From: Octopus bimaculoides
Taxonomy: Eukaryota
Length of the DNA: 64,000 nt
NCBI RefSeq assembly: GCF_001194135.2
Contig: NC_068985.1
Location: forward strand, 127,050,683-127,114,682
Direction of reading: 5' to 3'
Under the pieces are notes generated by a model that was given only the letters and a program-made list of their open reading frames with translations, did no database searches and was not told the origin of the DNA. The position numbers and the translations under genes were made by a program. Positions 50,931 through 62,739 of the stretch are shown here, one piece after another (positions within the stretch are counted from its first letter, which is position 1; each line of letters opens with the position of its first letter).

Positions 50931-53900
50931 TTCAACTGTTAGCATATAACAAATCCTCATCCAGACCTGATCCCACTGCTGGTTGTTCAAGAACCAAATG
51001 AAGGGCAAGTTTTCAATCCTGATTCCAAAAAGGTATAATATGTCTATGTAGAGCAAATGTAGTCTGAGATACAGGGGTCCCGGACAGACAGACAATTTTG
51101 CGTCAATTATTATTAATGGTATTTCGTCCATTATTAATGGTATTTCGTTCTGAGTTCAAATTTCACCGCGGTTGACTTTGCTTTCATCTTTATGGGGGTC
51201 GATAAAATAGGTACCAGTGAAACACTAGGGTCAATATAATCGACTAGTCTCCTCCCCCAAAAGTTCAGGCCTTGTGTCTGTATGTAGAAAAGATTATTAT
51301 AGATCAAGAGGAGGATGTCAATTTTCGCATACTTTTGTTCTTTAAATTATATATAAGAACCACTCTTTGCTAAACATAAACTCCAACTCAAGCCAACCTC
51401 AAAATTCTTACTTGATCAATCAACATTCTAAAAATAGCAATTAAATTGCTCACAACACTTCATACAGTGTTTCTCAACCCTTTCTCCTGCACCTCTCTTT
51501 AGTTTTCAAAGAAGACTTCTGGACATGCAACCGATGTTACTTCAGCTCTGACATCCTTAGTAGGATAGAACCTTGCTCTGAAGTCCAGATCCCTGTTGAA
51601 GATTTTGCCACCACCTTCCAGAGTTTGTCTAAGTTGAAGCATGTCAGTTGATTCCCTAAGGGTGCTCAGACTTGTTTCGCCTGAGTTCTCTCAAAACTAC
51701 TGAAGAACATCTGCCTATCCAACAACACCTTGGACTGGCAGAAACTATTCCTGTTCCCTTTGGTCTCCCTCTATGTGATAAATGGGAATAGTGGTTCTCT
51801 CACTTCTTCCCTGAAATGGCAGTTTCAGCTGTTTGAATCTACTCCATCCACTGTTCATCTCACGTCAATCATCAGCTCAACCCTGAACAATGGTCAGCCA
51901 TGTAACTTAAGGCTGTTAATGCCAAATTCAGCGAATATGACATTAAAGGAGCTGTTTGCCTTTTTTCCTCTTTGTCCACTCTCTTCCCGTGTACTAGAGA
52001 CTCCCTCAACCAACTGAAGGAGAATCATCCTCCAGCCCCTCCAGATGATCACCTACACTGGCCCGACCCACCAAGTTTTCTTCAACCCATCTTCACCTCT
52101 GACAATGCCAGGATGGCAATTGCCTCTTTTCCAGCAGGTTCTGGCATTGGGATCGATGGCTTATGACCTCAGCATCTCAAGGATAGAATCTCCCTCTCTG
52201 CTGATGATGCTGGGCTTGAACTCTTGGAGAACCTAACACAGTTTATAAACTTGCTCTCATCCAAGAGTGTCCTTGTCTACATTCATCCTCTGTTCTTTGG
52301 GGCCAAAATATTTGGTCTCACCAAGCCCAACAGTAATCTCTGCCCTGTAACAGTTGGCTATACTCTGCAACGGCTCGTCCTCAATTTCTAACTGACCGTT
52401 CAAGGAATTTTCTTCTATTCGGCTAGAAATAGGTACTAAGATAGGTTGTGAGGCTGCTGCTCATGCCACCAGAGTTTTCACCAACTTGCCTTCTGTGTCC
52501 CCAAAAGTCATCCTCAAACTAGACTTTAAGAATGCTTTTAATTCCATCAGTCGAGACGTCATCTTCCGTGCAGTAAGGGAGAATTCCCCACCACTTTATC
52601 ACTTTGCTTGACCACCTCATCCCATCTGCCTCTGGAGTCCAACAGGCTGACCCACTTGGTCCTGCCCTATTTGCATTGTGTATTGATGATGTTATCAAGT
52701 TGGGAGCCAACCTAGACCTAAATGCCTGGTACCTTGATGATGCTTGTTTGGGAGGCCCTCCTGACAAGGTACTTGCAGCTGTGAGGATGATAAATGTGAC
52801 ATTTGGTCATAAAGGTGTTCGCATTAACAGCTCCAAATGTTAGCTCTGGCTCCTCAGCCACATGAGCAGATTACTAAACTATTTCTTGACTCCCTCCCCT
52901 CAATTGCAATTCCTCCTTCATCAGCATGGTGCTCCCTTGGAGCCTCAATTACAGGCCTAGCTTTTGAGTCTTTCTTTAGATCCAAAATGGCTAACCTTGA
53001 ACAACTTTTAAAAAGACCTTGAGGTAGTTGAGGTTTATTTATAGTTAGGAATTACTTGTCAATTCCTAAGCTATTGTATTTTCTGAGAGTTAGTTCCTCT
53101 TACAGATTCTTGTCATCCCTCCAATACTTTGACAACCTAATCTTCAGGAAACTCGAATGCTTGGTCAATGTCAGATTCTCCCCAGACTTTTACAACCAAG
53201 CTGCTTTGCCCAAACGGTTTGGGGTTGTAGTTGTGCACAAGGGCTTGTCTTTATCTCTTCCCTGTTTTCTTTCCTCCATCTACACTTGCTCCCCTTTGAT
53301 AAGCAACATCCTCTCCTCTCCAACATGGACTAATTCCAAGAGGGAGATGGATGAAGTTCTATTCCAGTGGAAAGAGCTGGGTTTGTCTGTTCTGATTACA
53401 GTGGAGGATAGACAGAAACAGAGTACAGGACAATCTGTGTTCAGGTGCCACTTTCAACTCTGATCAATTTTCAAGGTGCTGCTTTCTTTCAGCTAGTGCT
53501 CCCTTCCATGTTCTGGATGTTACAGTTAATGGGAGGGTCACTGCTTCCATAGCCAAACAAGAAAACCTTGAAGCACCAAGACCTGACTGATCTATCTCTT
53601 CCAACCTGTGGCGTTTGAGATGTTTGGAGGGACTGGGCCACTCACCATAAAGTTCTTGTCAATGCTGCCAGCTCACCTCACTAAGGTGTCAGGTGATGCA
53701 CATGCGGGTGCTTGGGTTTCCCAACACCTTAGCTTTGCCATCGCCTGTTGTAATGCTGCAGTAGGTTTCGTTAAACTTTGTAGCATGTGACCAGCTGCTG
53801 TGATAAAAAAATTCCCCACAAATAGTTTCTATATAGTTTTAACAGAAAGATTTAGAGGAATCAGAAGAAAGTTCTCTGGTAATTTTCTTTTATACAAATA

Positions 53901-54030
53901 AATGTTTATGTTAATTTAAGAATTTTCCTGCAAAATCTTATAAAATGACAATGTTCTAAAAGATGAACATGTTTTTATGTTATATATGAAAATAAAATGA
54001 GAAACATGAATAGTCAAAGAAACTATATAT
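50931..54030 (+). mobile_element. CRE-clade (RLE-type) non-LTR retrotransposon, decayed
   Basis: IPKGA...WQKLFLFP; LFFGAK.FGLTKP....P.TVG..LQRL; GCEAAAHA; LKLDFKNAFNSI.R; GVQQADPLGPALF; WYLDD; C-terminal AFEMFG..GP....F...Q.LSFAI...NAA. Recognisable coding span about 51400-53790; outer bounds taken from the flanking direct repeat. Confidence 0.82.
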
Positions 54031-54699
54031 GTAAGTTCACAAACTTTTGGTGTTCTTTTAGAATTTGAATTGAATAGTTTCAAGTCTCTAAAACTATATT
54101 TATTGATTCTAGAATGATTTGAACACACACATATATATTAAATCTTGTGCTGGATATGCGGTATTGTTCCTGTGGTCTTCCACCCTTATGTCTCCATTCT
54201 AACTATAATTTGAATTCTAGCTCATGTTGAGCACTTCAACTCTAGCCTGTTTTTATGTATTGTTATATTAACAATATCTAATTATATTTATATATGTACA
54301 TATACATATATGAATTTATAATTTTATTTACACTTTATAAATGAATATTTTATTTTATTTTTTATTAACTATAAATTTACCTTATTTATATTTATCTTTC
54401 CTCAATCATCTCTATTTTNNNNNNNNNNNNNNNNNNNNNNNNNNNNNNNNNNNNNNNNNNNNNNNNNNNNNNNNNNNNNNNNNNNNNNNNNNNNNNNNNN
54501 NNNNNNNNNNNNNNNNNNNNNNNNNNNNNNNNNNNNNNNNNNNNNNNNNNNNNNNNNNNNNNNNNNNNNNNNNNNNNNNNNNNNNNNNNNNNNNNNNNNN
54601 NNNNNNNNNNNNNNNNNNNNNNNNNNNNNNNNNNNNNNNNNNNNNNNNNNNNNNNNNNNNNNNNNNNNNTTTTTATTAACTATAAATTTACCTTATTTA

Positions 54700-55851
54700 T
54701 ATTTATCTTTCCTCAATCATCTCTATTTTTACTTTATTTATTGTTCTCGTTTTATTTACTTTACTTTATCCCTAATCATATTCTAATCAATCTGTAAACT
54801 CTTCACCTGAGCATATAATAGTACAAATCATAAACCATAATATTTAATCTGCTGAAATGAATTGATAGATCCACATGTAACATCCCAAAATACATCTTTT
54901 TTTTTTTCTCTGATGAAATTATGCTCACGTCACATAAATGCAAATTTAATGTACAAATTTACAATTAAATTATTGATTATTCATTGAAACAGTTGTAAGA
55001 AGTGTAGATGACCAATTTGTTAATAAATAATTGTTCACCACATTGAATCAAGGGTTCTGTTTAAAGTGTCGCTTTGAAACAGAACCCTTGATTCAATAAC
55101 ACTTTGTATAAACTCTGTATTTAGAATGACCGATTTCAAAGACTGTTGGATTTTACTCATAGGGTATTGGAATCTTAATAATGGATTTACAAATGCAATG
55201 ACCAATCTTAAAGACTATTGGATTTTACTCACAAGGTATTGGAATCTTATATGTATACCATTTTGCTTAAACAATGGATTTACAAATACAATATTCCCTA
55301 CATTCATTCTCTATTTCCTATCTTAACTAAACTAACTATTGCTTAACTATCCTCTCACACCATCTCCGATGAAGGGATATAATAAATATGCTGGAAACAG
55401 CTGTAAGATCTTCTATTTATAAATGTTCTATATTTTACACAGCCTTGGTTTTTTTATTTCATTACGAAAAGTAAATCCTTATACATATATATATATATAT
55501 ATTTCTATATATATATATATATANNNNNNNNNNNNNNNNNNNNNNNNNNNNNNNNNNNNNNNNNNNNNNNNNNNNNNNNNNNNNNNNNNNNNNNNNNNNN
55601 NNNNNNNNNNNNNNNNNNNNNNNNNNNNNNNNNNNNNNNNNNNNNNNNNNNNNNNNNNNNNNNNNNNNNNNNNNNNNNNNNNNNNNNNNNNNNNNNNNNN
55701 NNNNNNNNNNNNNNNNNNNNNNNNNNNNNNNNNNNNNNNNNNNNNNNNNNNNNNNNNNNNNNNNNNNNNNNNNNNNNNNNNNNNNNNNNNNNNNNNNNNN
55801 NNNNNNNNNNNNNNNNNNNNNNNNNNNNNTCACAGTATAAAATATACATAC

Positions 55852-55888
<37 letters not shown>

Positions 55889-57050
55889 GTTTTAGGGAAA
55901 AGAACCAAAGTTCATGAACTCATTGATGAAAATCCACTGTCACATAGAAAAATTAATAAGTAAAAGCACAATAAATATGTATAATATAATACAAAGTAAA
56001 TATCATAAGATAATGATAATAAAATGACTACACGTGTTTCATAACCAATTTTCAAATAGAAAGAATATTTAAATCAATTAAAACTGTCGAAAATAAATTC
56101 TATTAAAAAATATAACTAATCTTGAGGTCAAAGTACAACAATAATAATAATAAAAGAATGTATATATCAACCAAGAATAAATAACAAATGAATGTATATA
56201 AATTCCTTATTATATTAAGATAGAAAAATATTATTAAAATATTATGAGAAAAATACTTATGAGAAAAAAATATATCTTCATATTTATTGTTCACTAATCT
56301 CAATAAGAACAGCTGTAACCTGGGCAACACCAGGTAATTCAGAGGTTAAGAAATAAAATAGAAGAATAAAGAGTAAAAGTAGATAGAAGAATACAAAGAG
56401 GAGAATGAAGTCCACAGTTCATCTTTTCCAGAGGCTGTGGAGGTTGGTCGTATTTCCACGAATGATGTGTTCATGTTGAAGTAATGGATTAAGTGGTTAG
56501 GTAGTATGTAAACGGTTCACTTGAGTATATAGAGTGAGAAAGACAGACCTCAAGATAGAGAGAGGTGTATTGTGAGTGAGTGGATAGAAGAGAGAGGGGA
56601 GAAAAGAAGGAGAAAGAGGGGAAAAAAGAGAGAAAAGAAGGAGAAAGAAAGAAAAGAAGAATAGGATAGATGTGGGGAAAGAATGAATGAAAGCAAAAGT
56701 AAAGTAAAATCAAAAATCAATAAAAAAAGAAATAAAAATCAAAAGAATAAAGATAAAGATAAGATGCCAGTATAATTCTTCATAAGTGTTGGTTCGGGGT
56801 GAGAGGTCAGGCATTAAGGTTTTGGTAAAGTGTAGGAAGAAGGTATTTATGTCTATTAACTAAACAGATGAAATCTAGGTTAAGTGTGGTCAGTGGTCAG
56901 TTGGGGATAGCTAAAAATACATGCCTAGCTTAAAGGGGTATACATAGGATAAAACTACAATTAAATGGATAAAGTATACAAATTAAAGAATTAAAATTTA
57001 AAAGTTAAAATTTTAAATTTAAATTAAAAAAATTTAAAAACTGTGTGTGA
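54700..57050. mobile_element. Mosaic of PLE-like terminal and 3' fragments around an N gap
   Basis: Hammerhead-like motif at 55362, and a minus-strand HYFNMNT..VE..PT...G-type ORF end near 56400-56520. Boundaries approximate. Confidence 0.4.
55362..55409 (+). ncRNA. Degenerate minimal type I hammerhead-like motif with palindromic stem III loop
   Basis: atct-CCGATGA-agggata taataaa tatgctg-GAAAC-AGCT-GTA-agat. Stem I atct/agat, GUA triplet, AGCT palindrome. U4 to C change and mismatched stem II. Confidence 0.5.
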
Positions 57051-57539
57051 GTGTGTGTACAATTAATAAGTTACAAGTTAAATGAAATGATGCTGAAAAT
57101 TGCTAAAAAAAAATTAAATAGTGCTATACATGATTGCCTACAGCTAGAAACTGTAAGAATTGTATTATAGATGAAAAAAAAGAAAAAAAGAATTAAATAT
57201 GCATTTTCTTCCTTAATTTTAAATTCAAATTTCTCATTCTGCCTCGTTGCAGTAGGATAGTTATCTCCCTTGTAGTAACAGTCATAGCTCGAAGGTATCA
57301 TATGCACACACATGCGCACATATACAGGAGGAAAAGACAAAGTTTATCTTGATAGCATTTAAACTCAGAGGGAGGTGGAAAATATACTGTGTGGCAGTCT
57401 ATCCAACACTCTGATGACTACTGATTTGTTATGTTATTAAAAATTTGCACATTCAAGGACTGTGTAGATAGATAACTAAGACAGATAGGTGGATAGAAAA
57501 ATCAATAGATGGAGAGAGAGATACATAGAGAAAAACAGA

Positions 57540-57579
<40 letters not shown>

Positions 57580-58313
57580 AAGTAAAAAAGGAAATATTTC
57601 CTTAGTTCATTTTGAATCGAACTAATTTTGTGTTGCCTTGGAAATGTATTTTCAAATATGTTAATTTCAATATCTTCTATTTCTAAATATGTTGATAATT
57701 GTCGGCTTTGTAAGGAGAATTCGACAATTAAAGATGTAGTTTTCTCTATCAGTACTTTTGTGGTAAGAAGCTTGTTTCCCAACCACATGGTTCTGGATTC
57801 AGTCTGACTGCATGGCACCTTGGGCAAGTGTCTTCTTCTATAGCCTCAGGCTGATCAAAGCCTTGTGAGCGGATTTGGTAGACAGAAACTGGAACAAGCC
57901 CATCATATATATATATATATATATGTGTATATATTTGTGTGTGTGTGTGTGTGCATGTGTCTGTGTTTGTCCCCCCATCATCGCTTGACAACCAATGCTG
58001 GTGTGTTTATGTCCCTGTAACTTAGCGATTCAGCTAAAGAGACTGATAGAATAAGTACTGGGCTTACAGAGAATAAGTCCTGGCGTCAATTTCTTCAACT
58101 AACACCCTTTAAGGCAGTGCTCTAGCATGGCCAAAGTCAAATGACTAACAAGTAAAAAAAGAATATATATATATATATATGGTGGTGCACCAGCATGACT
58201 GCAGCCACTTGGCTGAAACACATAAATAAATAAAAATATAGATAGATAGATAGATAAATAGACAGACAGTTAGATAGCTAACTACATAGATGTGTGTGTG
58301 CATGTGTATTTAA

Positions 58314-58345
<32 letters not shown>

Positions 58346-59769
58346 CCTCACTACCATGCAGGAACTCACATTTTATACATAGAAAAGTAACATCATTGTT
58401 ATCAACAGTTGACAACAAGGAAGTTGTTTTTTTCTTTTTATATGAAAAGTGGATAATATAAATGAGGGAAAAAAATACGTGGTCCTGTATAATAGTGATG
58501 CATAGGGTTTGAATGCAGAAAATCTGTGAAGGCTGGAAAGAAATGTATTTATTTTCACTAGTAGAATGTGTAACATCAATATAAATGTAAGCCAGAGCAT
58601 CAGTAATCTGAGGATTAAAGATATTTCTTTATATATTCAGACAAGATTAACTCTTTCGCTGTGGAAATCAGATGTAACCACTCAAAATTTTATTACACTT
58701 TACCATAAAAAGCAGTTTTATATAACAATCTATCTTTTCTTAAGAAATGTTTTGTTTGAAGCTATTTTCTGAGATATGTCAAGTTAATTGAGGCCATGTA
58801 ATATGCAGAAAATACCAAATCTATTTATTTTTATAGATATTTATATCATTTACTGGAGTAACTATGAAATTTAATTTCACAGTCAAAGGATCAATGTGCT
58901 CCTATGTACAAGTGATGTGAAAGGATGATGAGGATGAGTGCTAGGTGAAATAGTGTCATGTGCTGACAATCGAAGGAAAAAAAGGCAGAAGACATATGCA
59001 TTCATAAAGACATGAAAAGAAGGGCAACATCCAATCACAAGATCTGTTATTATACTAGTATGAGAGGATTGGCAACAAACTGTACTGTAGACATGCTGAA
59101 CCTATGCCAGCATGGAAAAATTGATGTTAAAACAAGGTTTATGAAAATGATAGTATTTATAACAGGATAATGTTATCTTATGAATTGATGTGACAAATTG
59201 AGTGATTTACAGTGTCAGGCATCAGTGAATAATCAGCTTTGTTGACAGTAGGAAGTTGTGGTTTTCATATTTTTCTTTTGAGTATTAATGAAATAAGCTA
59301 ATTAGTCACGATCAAGAATTCAACCTAAATTCCTCGATTAACTAAAAGCTTACCTGAAGCACAGCAATCATTCTCTCACCCCATACAAATATGTGTGTGT
59401 GTGGGGGGGGTATGTATGTATGCATGTATATTGCATTGCACACATTCATATATGTGTATATGTTATATATATATATATATATATATATATAAGTGTGCAT
59501 GATATTTGTATGTATATATCATACATACACACACACACATAAATATATATGTGTCAGCGTTAATTCTTTTTAAATGGCGGTGCACCAGCATGGCCACTGT
59601 CATTGGACTGAAACATATAAAAGAATATATGTATCTGTAATAAAATATGAGATAGACTAGATCAAGGCAAGTAATTTAAATTCTTCCACATTAGACATGA
59701 CTTTTCATGTTGAAATGTCTATTTCTTTAGAAGTCCTTGATTGGCAAATGTAATCATGGAAGTTAAATA

Positions 59770-60027
59770 TTAATCTGGAACTTGACTGTTGATTTTATAT
59801 TCTGCATTATTTTCAGCTTCTACAATATTATATTGTCCTTCTTCAGGAATATAAATACTGTTTGTATTCTCTGAGGCCAAATTATTGCCAGTGTTAAGGC
59901 CATTTTTCTCCCCTGGGTCATTTCTCTTGAAAACTGAGAGAATTCTTTGATATCTTACTTCAGTAGAATCTCTTTCTGATGGAAAGTCAGGTAGGGGCCG
60001 CCTTAGCATATCAATGGAACATTTTCT
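59770..60027 (-). CDS. Terminal coding exon of an unidentified gene
   Basis: Strong acceptor ttttcttctttctttcccttttatttacag|, phase 0. Encodes RKCSIDMLRRPLPDFPSERDSTEVRYQRILSVFKRNDPGEK...NSQVPD-stop (85 aa). Family not recognised. Confidence 0.7.
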   Translation of the reverse strand, partial: RKCSIDMLRRPLPDFPSERDSTEVRYQRILSVFKRNDPGEKNGLNTGNNLASENTNSIYIPEEGQYNIVEAENNAEYKINSQVPD

Positions 60028-62555
60028 CTGTAAATAAAAGGGAAAGAAAGAAGAAAACATCAAAATTTAATCATGGTAGAGTTAGTGTTGTTATTAAAAA
60101 CATATATAGACAGTTGTATTCACTTCATTCGTTTAGCATTTTACATGTTTCAGTTATTGGACTGCATCCCCCTAGAAATATTAATAACAAGGTTATTGTC
60201 TCTGAAGTCAATTCCAACAGAATTAAGTTTATGTCAAGTAACTCTAAAATTAAAATTCTATATACCAGTGTAAAATTACTTCAGGTATTGATGTCTTTTT
60301 TATATAGTTAACTCTTCTTCTCAGTTATCTAAAAGAATTTCTAATCATTACTCTACATTTAGGGATAGGAATAAACATAACAGTACAGGACTTAGTAAAT
60401 TAATTTGGTATCTAAAAGACCATAATAAACAATTTAATTTAGATTGGTTGATTCTCTCAATTTCGTTCCCTTATGATAAAGGCAAGGAATTCTGTCTTCT
60501 TTGTAATTCTGAACTATTTTTTAATTCTTTTTTCTAAAAATATCCTTGTAAACACAGTTATAGAGTGTGCTTACCGATGTAAACATTGGCAGAAACATAC
60601 CTTTAGTTCATATAAGTGATATCAATCATTATATATAATTTAAACATTGATTTTCTTCTTACATTTCACTGTCAATAGATATATCTTTTTCCAAACTTTA
60701 GGGTTTTATTTAATTTACATATTGTTCTATACTTCTCATTTATTTGGTTTCTGATGTTTTCTTTCCTTTACTCCTCCTCTTTCTATACGCTACCTTTGAC
60801 GTCATATCCTCTAGTGTTTCTTTAAAAAAAACTTAATAGCATTCAGTTAATCGCTATACATATCCATCATATTCTGTTAAAAAGTCTTATTGACGAGTTT
60901 TATTTCTTCATTTCCCTGAAGAGAAGATTACATTGTTTTACACCATTTTATTCCTTTGGAATAATATCAATGATATCTTCAAAACATGTGTTGAAAGTAA
61001 AAGAATTTGAATAACACCTGCGTTTAACTCCATTTATTTAATTATATATATTATACAAAATATTTCATGTAAACCAGGAGTTTCTACCTTTAAAAACAAG
61101 GTGTTACACCCTTTTTACTTGTGTGATTTTTTGCTACCCTGGTAACTATTTATCTATTTTTTCCGTGTTAATTGAAAACAAGGGAAAAATACCCACATCT
61201 ATATGCAACCAGTAAATATTACCAGAAATCTGGCTTCCATCATCAAAAGAATATTGGCAAAAGCAATTCATATGGTAGTGCAAAAGATCTAGAGGTTGAA
61301 GCAAGAGAGGAGGGAGAAGACACTTGCCCACCAAAATATTGACCTCATCTTTCATGATAAACTTTGTTTCACACAATATACTCTCTGTTCAATTTCAGTT
61401 GTATTATTCCTACACATCTTCCACCATAAGGTTTTAACTTAAAAGCACTACTAACACAGAGTTTCAGTACTTATTTTTAACTCTATCTCACTCATACCAG
61501 ACAAGCATTTGTCAATTTTCTTTTTGAATATCTACATGCCCTTTAGCAATGATATAAAGCCACATTGTACTGAAATCTGTTAAAATTGCTAATGGTTTCT
61601 TTGTTACTCTGTTAAAGGCTGCTAATGGATTCTTTGTTAGTTTGAATGATGGTAACTCTGCTGACACCACCTCTAAAAGGGTAAAGCTCCTTCCCAAGTT
61701 ACATAGACTCATAGAGTTAGTTTCCTGGATTCTCTGATGTATATACTTTTCCCTTGGATGGGATGCCAGTCTGTCCCAGGATTATTGATTTTTGCCAGCT
61801 CAGTGGACTAGAGCAACATGAAGTGTTTTGCTGAACACAACATGTCTCTCAGTCCAGGAATTGAAACTACAATCTTATGATCATGAGTGCAACACCCTAA
61901 CCACTAATCCACATACCTCCACTATTGATGCCAATTCTAGTTCTATGATGTGATGAAAAGGAAAAAAAAACTTCACTTATTTTTAAAATGCTCATATTTA
62001 AATTTATGTCCTTCAAAATTTCAGAGGTTTTGTTTTATGTTATAAAAAAATATATGGAAAAGAAACCATTATTCCAAAATAATAGTGTGATGGATTATCA
62101 GAATTGTTAGTGTCTGACAAAATGCCTTGCTATATTTCTTCCTGTTCTTTAAGTTATGAGTTCAAATTCCACCAAGGTCAACTTCCCCTAAGGTCAACTT
62201 TGTCTTTCATCCTTTTGAGGTCAATAACATAAATACCAGTTGAACCTTAGGGTTGATGTAATCGACTTACCCTTCCCCCAAAATTGTTGGTCTTGTGCCA
62301 AAATTTAAAAGTGGTATTTGTTTTAGTACTTTAGATTTTGAGTTCAAATCCCACCAAGGTTCAGTTTTAATTTTCTTCCTTTTGGGGTCAATAAAGAACC
62401 AGTCAAATTTTGGAGTTGATGTCACTGACTAACCCTTCCCCTTAAAACAGCAGGCTGTCTGCCTAAATTAGAAGCCATTATTAATATTATTATTGATCTG
62501 TCTAGTTGTGCCATACTAAACCAAATATTGTGAAAGGCAAAAGTAAATGACATAC

Positions 62556-62652
62556 CGGAAAATCAATTTTAACTTCTTCATATTGAACTCGTTCAGCTAA
62601 TGCAATACTTTTGTCAGGATTTTCAGGTGCAGGAACACCCCTAGATTTTGAC
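62556..62652 (-). CDS. Penultimate coding exon of the same unidentified gene
   Basis: tatctgttccag|G acceptor, CCG|gtatgt donor, 97 nt. Encodes SKSRGVPAPENPDKSIALAERVQYEEVKIDFP and ends in phase 0, splicing in frame to 60027. Confidence 0.68.
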
Positions 62653-62739
62653 CTGGAACAGATAAAATATATAAATAGAAGCACACTACACTCATGTATA
62701 TATATGAATGTATATATGAGACAAATCATTAATTCCTTC

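Noticed and set aside
54355-54729. About 60-bp identical repeat flanking the 54419-54669 gap
   Set aside because: Most likely an assembly overlap rather than a biological repeat.
61146-61712. ORFs 61146-61376 and 61512-61712 as exons of the unidentified gene
   Set aside because: No acceptor and donor pair gives phase 0/0 in the open frame.
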